64,000 nt of DNA from Bacteroidales bacterium (GTDB lineage: Bacteria > Bacteroidota > Bacteroidia > Bacteroidales > UBA10428), in the NCBI GenBank assembly GCA_046481675.1, contig JAWOJJ010000096.1, positions 7,109 to 71,108 of the forward strand. The letters are read 5' to 3'. Every line of letters starts with the position of its first letter. Positions within the stretch are counted from its first letter, which is position 1. Below the pieces are notes generated by a model, which was not told the DNA's origin, searched no databases, and saw only the letters and a program-made list of their open reading frames with translations. Position numbers and translations under genes: made by a program. Shown one piece after another: positions 58,468-64,000 of the stretch.

Positions 58468-60489
58468 TTACTTTACCCCCGTGCGTGCTACAAAAGCCTT
58501 CGGGTAACCCAATGCCTTCACCTGCTCCAGGTACACCCTGGCATCATCCGGGTTTTCAAACTCCCCGGTGGTATACCGGCAGAACCCGTCGGCCCCCCGG
58601 GTTACCGAAACTTCCGGAAGATTGCTGAAACGGGTAAGGTCAATTACCGGTCCCGGAACCGCCATCACCTGAATGGTGTAATTGGGAATCACAGCCTTGC
58701 CCCTGACAAAGGCATCGTGGTAACCCTTTGCAGCCAGTTGTTCCTGTTCTTTCTGAGCCTGTGAAAACACCGTTGATGTTCCTGTTGTATAGCGGTACCA
58801 CTTGTCTGCTCCCAGTGTCATGGTCACTCCCGACACCCCTTCAAAAACCGCAGGATCCGATGCCTTTCTCAATGCCATAAACTGAACCGTATAGGAACGG
58901 GCGCTTTCCAGGTCAGTGGCAGGGGCAGCAGCAGTAGCAGTGAAATCAGTGGCAGTGAAATCAGTGGCAGGGGCAGTGGCAGTAGCAGTAACGGGCGTTT
59001 CAATAATTGTTTCTTCAACTGCTACTGCCGCTGCTACTTCCTCAGCCGCTGCCGCTTCTTCTTCAACTGCCACTGCCGCTGCTGCTGCCGCTTCTTCTTC
59101 AACTGCCACTGCTGCTGCTTCCTCTGCCACCACCGGATACTGAGCGGAGTCAAAGTATGCTGCTTCCTCTGCCGCCACCGGATACTGAGCGGAGTCGAAG
59201 TATGCTACTTCTTCCACCGCCGGCGGAAGCAGGGTTACACTATAAATATCCCGGCCACCGTAGCTGTCTGCTCCGTTGAAAGCCAGGAGCCCGGTGGTGC
59301 CGTCGCCAACGGGAACATAAAACAGGTCATTGTCGGTTGTATTTAACGGATACCCGAGGTTCAAAACGCCGGCCTCCGGATCATTGAAATCGAAACGGAA
59401 AATATCATAGCCGCCCAACCCGGGATGACCTTCGGAACTGAAAAACAACTGCCGGCCGTCATCGGTGACAAACGGCGTTTCCTCATTAAACCGGGTATTC
59501 ACGGTTGGACCCAGGTTGACTGCCTTGCCCCATTCGCCCTTTGCATCCAGTTCCGACTTGTAAATGTCCATATCTCCCACGCCACCTTTCCGGTTGCTTG
59601 TAAAATAAAGGGTTTTCCCGTCAGCCGACAGGCTCGCGTGCGTTTCGGCCGATTTGCTGTTGATTTCCTTTCCCAGGGGTTCGGCTTTCGACCACCGGCC
59701 CTTGATGAAACGGCAAACGTATATATCCGCATTCATCGGATCGTCAAGAACCAGCAACAGGGTTTGTCCATCGGCCGAAAGATCGCTGGTTTTCATGTAC
59801 CTGCCTGTACCCAGCACACTGGTCATAATTTTAGGCGACGTCCATGCCGTATCGGCAAAAGTGGCTGTATATATATCGTATCCCTGTCTTCCGGGCGAAG
59901 TGTAAAACAGGGTTCTGCCATCACCCGAAACTACCGCGTTGAAATTCGGAGCTGATGTATTGATCCTGCCGCCCATGTTGATGGTTATCAGTCCAACCGG
60001 CTTGTTTTGCATTTCCTTGGCCGTGTGGCAACTGCTGATGTACTGACTGATCACCTGCTGGTTGTATTCATCTTTGGGATCAAGGTATTCCTTGTACCTG
60101 CTGTATGCATCAATGGCCTTGTCGAGCTCATTGTTAACCCTGTAGGCACTTCCCAGTAAAAACAAGGCATCAACGGGAGCATTGGTTTCTTTAAACGAAC
60201 TCGGGTTGTATTTTTCAGAAATCTTTTGTGCTGCTTCTTCCAGGTAGGGAATTGCTTTCGCCTTTTCATTTTCAGAATTCAAATAACAAATCCCCAGCTT
60301 GTATTTCATGTCGGCATTCTCAGGTTCCGATTTCAAAATAGTCAGGTAGTTGTTCCTGGCTTTGTTGAAGTCCTTCTCCATCAGGTAATAATCAGCGTCA
60401 AATTTCAACTGGTCATTTCTCGCCAGTGTCTGCGCCCTTAAGGTAACCAGGGGCAATACCAGAAATACAAAAATGAGAATCCTGTTCAT
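58468..60489 (-). CDS. Secreted TPR + PD40 beta-propeller protein with low-complexity linker and two SPOR-like domains
   Basis: Signal peptide, TPR helices, PD40 repeats (S.DGKTLYFTSNRKGG.G..DIY, NLG..VNT..NE..PF, GLGGYDIF), an A/V/E/T linker and two YT[VI]Q..A....RYT.G.......A......GY..AFV units. Confidence 0.8.
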   Translation of the reverse strand: MNRILIFVFLVLPLVTLRAQTLARNDQLKFDADYYLMEKDFNKARNNYLTILKSEPENADMKYKLGICYLNSENEKAKAIPYLEEAAQKISEKYNPSSFKETNAPVDALFLLGSAYRVNNELDKAIDAYSRYKEYLDPKDEYNQQVISQYISSCHTAKEMQNKPVGLITINMGGRINTSAPNFNAVVSGDGRTLFYTSPGRQGYDIYTATFADTAWTSPKIMTSVLGTGRYMKTSDLSADGQTLLLVLDDPMNADIYVCRFIKGRWSKAEPLGKEINSKSAETHASLSADGKTLYFTSNRKGGVGDMDIYKSELDAKGEWGKAVNLGPTVNTRFNEETPFVTDDGRQLFFSSEGHPGLGGYDIFRFDFNDPEAGVLNLGYPLNTTDNDLFYVPVGDGTTGLLAFNGADSYGGRDIYSVTLLPPAVEEVAYFDSAQYPVAAEEAAYFDSAQYPVVAEEAAAVAVEEEAAAAAAVAVEEEAAAAEEVAAAVAVEETIIETPVTATATAPATDFTATDFTATAAAPATDLESARSYTVQFMALRKASDPAVFEGVSGVTMTLGADKWYRYTTGTSTVFSQAQKEQEQLAAKGYHDAFVRGKAVIPNYTIQVMAVPGPVIDLTRFSNLPEVSVTRGADGFCRYTTGEFENPDDARVYLEQVKALGYPKAFVARTGVK
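58914..59206. repeat. Intragenic repeat patch: inverted GCAGTR/ACTGCY hexamer arrays plus two 45-bp units carrying a REP-like ATACTGAGCGGAGTCRAAGTAT
   Basis: GCAGTR units at 58914-58990, ACTGCY/GCTGCY units at 59018-59120, and REP-like cores at 59137-59158 and 59182-59203 encoding YFDSAQY. Confidence 0.8.
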
Positions 60490-60558
60490 AAACAACCCTG
60501 TTTAAACCCGGTTAAAACAAAGCTTACGGTACCCATACCGACATGCATATTTAGAGTG

Positions 60559-60647
60559 GCTTTTGGCTTTTGGCCTTTAGCCTTTATCCTATAGCCGTTG
60601 GCTCTTGGCTAATAGCTAACAGCTAACAGCTAATAGCTAACAGCTAC
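60559..60647. repeat. Fold-back heptamer array D (7 x GCYNTTR-like then 5 x GCTAAYA)
   Basis: gcttttg gcttttg gccttta gccttta tcctata gccgttg gctcttg | gctaata gctaaca gctaaca gctaata gctaaca gctac. Confidence 0.9.
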
Positions 60648-60930
60648 TAATTATCTAAATATAATTCATTTTTAAGCAGCTTTTTATAAACCTGGTAAGT
60701 AAATTTCAACAGTTACGGTAATCCGCAATAAAAACTTAAAAAAAACCTTGACTTCACACCGCATACATCGTAACTTTATCACACAAACCGCTTTCGTTTC
60801 GGCTAAGGCGGCAAAACAACATGCAACCTAAAACATAAAACCAACAGACTGCATACTGATCCTGCTCCTGTTCTCCTGTTGCACCGGCAAATCTCAGCAG
60901 GTAACAGATTACAGAACGCGCCGTGAACTG

Positions 60931-61545
60931 ATGGTAAAGCAACAGATCGAAGCCAGGGGGATAGCTGACAAACGTGTGCTGGATGCCATGCGTAAAGTCG
61001 AAAGGCACTTGTTTGTACCTCCTGAACTTGCCTATAAGGCCTATGGCGATTATCCCCTGCTGATCGGCTACGGTCAGACCATTTCACAACCCTATATTGT
61101 GGCCTTTATGACCGAGGTTCTGGGCTTAAAGCCCTATTCAAAGGTACTTGAAATCGGAACGGGCTCAGGGTATCAGGCAGCAATTCTGGCCGAGCTGTGC
61201 GATAGCGTGTTTACCATTGAAATTATAGCTCCGCTGGCCGAAAAAGCCCAAAGCTTGCTTCAGGTGCTCGGATATAAAAATGTTTTCGTTAAAACAGGGG
61301 ACGGATACCAGGGATGGGCCCGGCATGCGCCTTACGATGCGATCCTGGTCACCTGCTCTCCGAGTCATGTACCTGAGCCTCTTACAAGCCAACTTGCCGA
61401 AGGCGGTAAAATGATCATCCCGGTTGGTGAACAATACAACCAGCAACTGGTGATTCTGGTAAAAAAAGAAGGAAAACTGAAAAAAGAAGCTGTGCTTCCG
61501 GTGCGTTTTGTGCCCATGATCAACAGGCAAATGGAAGCTTACTGA
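60931..61545 (+). CDS. pcm: Protein-L-isoaspartate O-methyltransferase
   Basis: V.RHLFVP, AY.D.PL.IG.GQTISQP, VLEIGTGSGYQAA, GDG..GW...APYD and VRFVP motifs. The frame is open upstream to 60832. Confidence 0.95.
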   Translation: MVKQQIEARGIADKRVLDAMRKVERHLFVPPELAYKAYGDYPLLIGYGQTISQPYIVAFMTEVLGLKPYSKVLEIGTGSGYQAAILAELCDSVFTIEIIAPLAEKAQSLLQVLGYKNVFVKTGDGYQGWARHAPYDAILVTCSPSHVPEPLTSQLAEGGKMIIPVGEQYNQQLVILVKKEGKLKKEAVLPVRFVPMINRQMEAY

Positions 61546-61546
61546 A

Positions 61547-63967
61547 TCATTCGCTGTAAATTACCGTATCAACAAATGCGGCATGCCCCGAATAGGAGAT
61601 GCCCTGCAGGTCAAACCGGTAATTCCCTTCAATCTCCGGCTTGTTAAACAATACCCTGGCTTTTCCGGCGGTATTGGTACGAATATCCGGGTCCCAGTAA
61701 ACCGTATAATTATCTTCCGGTTCTGCCCCGGGCTTGTACTTTGGCTCATAAAACACACGCGGAGCGCTGTAACCGAGCATTTCAAACTCAATCACGCCTC
61801 TCTTCATGAAACGTCCGCGCTTGGTATAAACCGCCACTACGCCGTTTGCACCCCTTGAACCATATATCGCGGCACTGGGACCTTTTAATATTTCCACCCG
61901 GTCAATATCTTCAACAGGAATCGATTGAATTGTACTTACATCCATCACCGGAAGACCGTCAAGCAAAAACAGGGGTTGGTTGGAACCATAAAAACTGTTG
62001 GGCCCCCTGATCAACACCCGGTTGCCGTTAATCTGCATACCGGGAACCCTGCCCTTTAGTGCTTCCAATACATTGGTATGCCCGGGTGAAAAGTCTTCAG
62101 ATCGGATTACGTTATCGGGCTCTCCATAAATACCTTTAATCTCGGTATTGCGCTCCTCTTTCAGTCGCTTCTGCTCTTCAGCCGTGGCCTTTTTAAATTC
62201 CTCCGCACGTTTGTGCCGGTACGCTTTGTTGTCGCGTTCCGATTGCGTAATCAGGGAATAATCTCCCTGCTGCCCGGTAACTTCCGCGAAACCATCATCC
62301 GGCACTACAATAACCAGGTTTCTGCGACCCGAAGGACGCCAGGCTTCAATTTTCACTTTTATCGTGTCATAGTAAACCATGTTCTCAAAGAGAAAGGTTC
62401 CTTCATCAGACGTTTGCTGCGTGAAAACATCATTGTATGCGTCCATAACAGACAACTGCACCTTGCAGTTTTTGAGCGGGATGTTAAAAAAGTCGCGCGT
62501 TATCTTACCATACACGCTGATGCCCTTTTCCTCAAAATACCTGATTTCCGGATAATCCCCTGCAAGCAGACTGCTCCAGTCGAACCTCCGCCATCCCTGT
62601 GTCAGCATCAGGTTGTCAACAGCCTTTGACGCTTCGGGAGAACCCGGCTTGAAATACTCAAGCGGATCTTCAACAAACCCTTTCAGGTCCGATGTAAGAA
62701 ACAGGTTGCTGCATATATTGTCCTTATTCTCATTTCTTCCCAAATTCATCTCCCGGGTAACCGATAGTGAAAAATCAGCCGGAACAGGCCTGCCGTCGGC
62801 ACTCCTGGTATTGATCTCCAGCAAAATCATCTTACCCTCGCGGGTAAAGGTATCGGAAGCAAAAAACCTGATTTTCATTTCTTCTCTCATGCCCACAAAA
62901 ACCAGCCGTTCCGCGAGCGGCACACCCCTGCCCGAAAATGCCGTGAGCTGCATAATGCCCGAAGGAAAAACCTGTTCGGGTATCTTCAGCTGCGCAGAAT
63001 TGTTGTTGAGTTTTACAGTAGCATGGAAGTACATTTTGCCACCTGTCTGTCCGGTAACAATGATCTCCCGGGCCGACGGGTCTGCTGTTGCAGGTGCGTT
63101 TGATTCAAGAGTTACCGAAATAACCTGTTCCCGCAAATCAGTGCGCATTACCAGTCCTGTTTCGAGCGGCTGTGGCAGCGCGGTTTTTCGGGTTTTTCCG
63201 TCATCCTGCGTATGGGCAAAATACCTGACCCCCTTTTCGGGCTTCAGCAAAAAAGTTCCGATACCTTTGTAATAACTGGTAAATGAAGCAATCCGGTTAC
63301 CCTGATCATCTGTGATAATCCCGTCAACATCAACTCCTTTGCCCAGTTTGTTAATGGCTTTGAAGGCCACTACGCTTTCAATTCCCTCAACCAGGTATCC
63401 GCCTTCGGGCATAAACTGCAGGTCGATATCCTCTTCAAACCCGGGCATATTGTCAATCTTCCGCTTGTTGCCCCTGGCTTCCCTGGGTGAAATGTGCCTG
63501 CTGTAAGCCGGGTTGATCAGCTGAAAATTCTTCCTGAACTGAAAGGCCGGATCAAAATTAAGCATCCAGCTGGTATAAGCTCTCAGCTGGTAAAGCCCTT
63601 CCGGTAAGGTGTCCGACAGTGTAAAATCCCCCGCACCAAATCCGCGAAAAAGTTGAATCCGCTTGATCTCAACCCGGGTATGAAACGGACTGATCAGTTC
63701 AACATATAAATTGGTGCTGATGGTATCGGGGAAGTGGCTCAGCGCGTTCACCAGGTAAGCTTTGAACCACAATGTATTTCCGCCCCTGTAAGTGGCCCTG
63801 TCGGTGTGCAAGAAAACCTTTTGTTGCGGGTATGCCTTTGTAAAGCGGTCAAGTGCCGTTTTGATTCTCCTGTAACGTAAATTCTCATCGGGGTTTCCTG
63901 CCGTAAAGGCAGCCAGCAGAATAACCAATAACAAAAACCCGGCAGGCAATTGTTTTCTGTATTTCAT
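61547..63967 (-). CDS. Secreted MG2-like + carboxypeptidase-regulatory-like + TonB plug-domain protein lacking a beta-barrel
   Basis: QQKVFLHTDR..Y..G..LWFKAY, G.YQLRAYT.WM.N, F.PEGG.L, SDLKG.VE.P, D.LMLTQGWRRF, plug VEILKGP.AAIYGSRGANGV and T.YW.P motifs. ATG 63967 is preferred. Confidence 0.82.
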   Translation of the reverse strand: MKYRKQLPAGFLLLVILLAAFTAGNPDENLRYRRIKTALDRFTKAYPQQKVFLHTDRATYRGGNTLWFKAYLVNALSHFPDTISTNLYVELISPFHTRVEIKRIQLFRGFGAGDFTLSDTLPEGLYQLRAYTSWMLNFDPAFQFRKNFQLINPAYSRHISPREARGNKRKIDNMPGFEEDIDLQFMPEGGYLVEGIESVVAFKAINKLGKGVDVDGIITDDQGNRIASFTSYYKGIGTFLLKPEKGVRYFAHTQDDGKTRKTALPQPLETGLVMRTDLREQVISVTLESNAPATADPSAREIIVTGQTGGKMYFHATVKLNNNSAQLKIPEQVFPSGIMQLTAFSGRGVPLAERLVFVGMREEMKIRFFASDTFTREGKMILLEINTRSADGRPVPADFSLSVTREMNLGRNENKDNICSNLFLTSDLKGFVEDPLEYFKPGSPEASKAVDNLMLTQGWRRFDWSSLLAGDYPEIRYFEEKGISVYGKITRDFFNIPLKNCKVQLSVMDAYNDVFTQQTSDEGTFLFENMVYYDTIKVKIEAWRPSGRRNLVIVVPDDGFAEVTGQQGDYSLITQSERDNKAYRHKRAEEFKKATAEEQKRLKEERNTEIKGIYGEPDNVIRSEDFSPGHTNVLEALKGRVPGMQINGNRVLIRGPNSFYGSNQPLFLLDGLPVMDVSTIQSIPVEDIDRVEILKGPSAAIYGSRGANGVVAVYTKRGRFMKRGVIEFEMLGYSAPRVFYEPKYKPGAEPEDNYTVYWDPDIRTNTAGKARVLFNKPEIEGNYRFDLQGISYSGHAAFVDTVIYSE

Positions 63968-64000
63968 GGCAGCAAGGTTTGGCAATGAAAAATTAACAAA

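Noticed and set aside
58916-59279. Ala-rich and Leu/Pro-rich plus-strand ORFs
   Set aside because: They are antisense frames of the low-complexity linker of the PD40/SPOR gene.

Overview
This is a chromosomal, mostly housekeeping window from a Bacteroidota genome, probably Bacteroidales (inferred from the LpxC-FabZ fusion, T9SS genes, SusC/SusD and TAnnTTTG promoters). From left to right it holds a probable phosphate-acquisition locus (partial SusC, SusD, beta-propeller phosphoesterase, TonB receptor, PhoR/PhoB-like pair and PiT transporter with an in-phase array of Pho-box-like half-sites), then queG-infB-nusA-rimP, HD-lpxD-lpxC/fabZ-lpxA, thiL and a suf operon with a Fur-like box. These are followed by a CTD-only T9SS cargo, ung, a 927-aa unknown protein, porP/gldKLMN, manC, mlaEF, pdxA-ruvA-sprA-gcvH, a glycine-lipid acyltransferase/hydrolase/GSCFA trio, a TPR-PD40-SPOR protein, pcm and a plug-only TonB-like protein. 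I saw no rRNA, tRNA, CRISPR array, transposase or phage gene. The most unusual signal is non-coding. It consists of (i) four fold-back arrays of 7-bp units with identical architecture, (ii) a ~500-bp structured element between mlaF and a DUF4834-like gene whose two ends each form a pseudoknot with a covarying pyrimidine triplex strand on opposite strands, and (iii) small palindromes nested in each other, with REP-like and hexamer units also present in frame inside one protein linker. Protein calls rest on motif recognition in the supplied translations; no database search was run.
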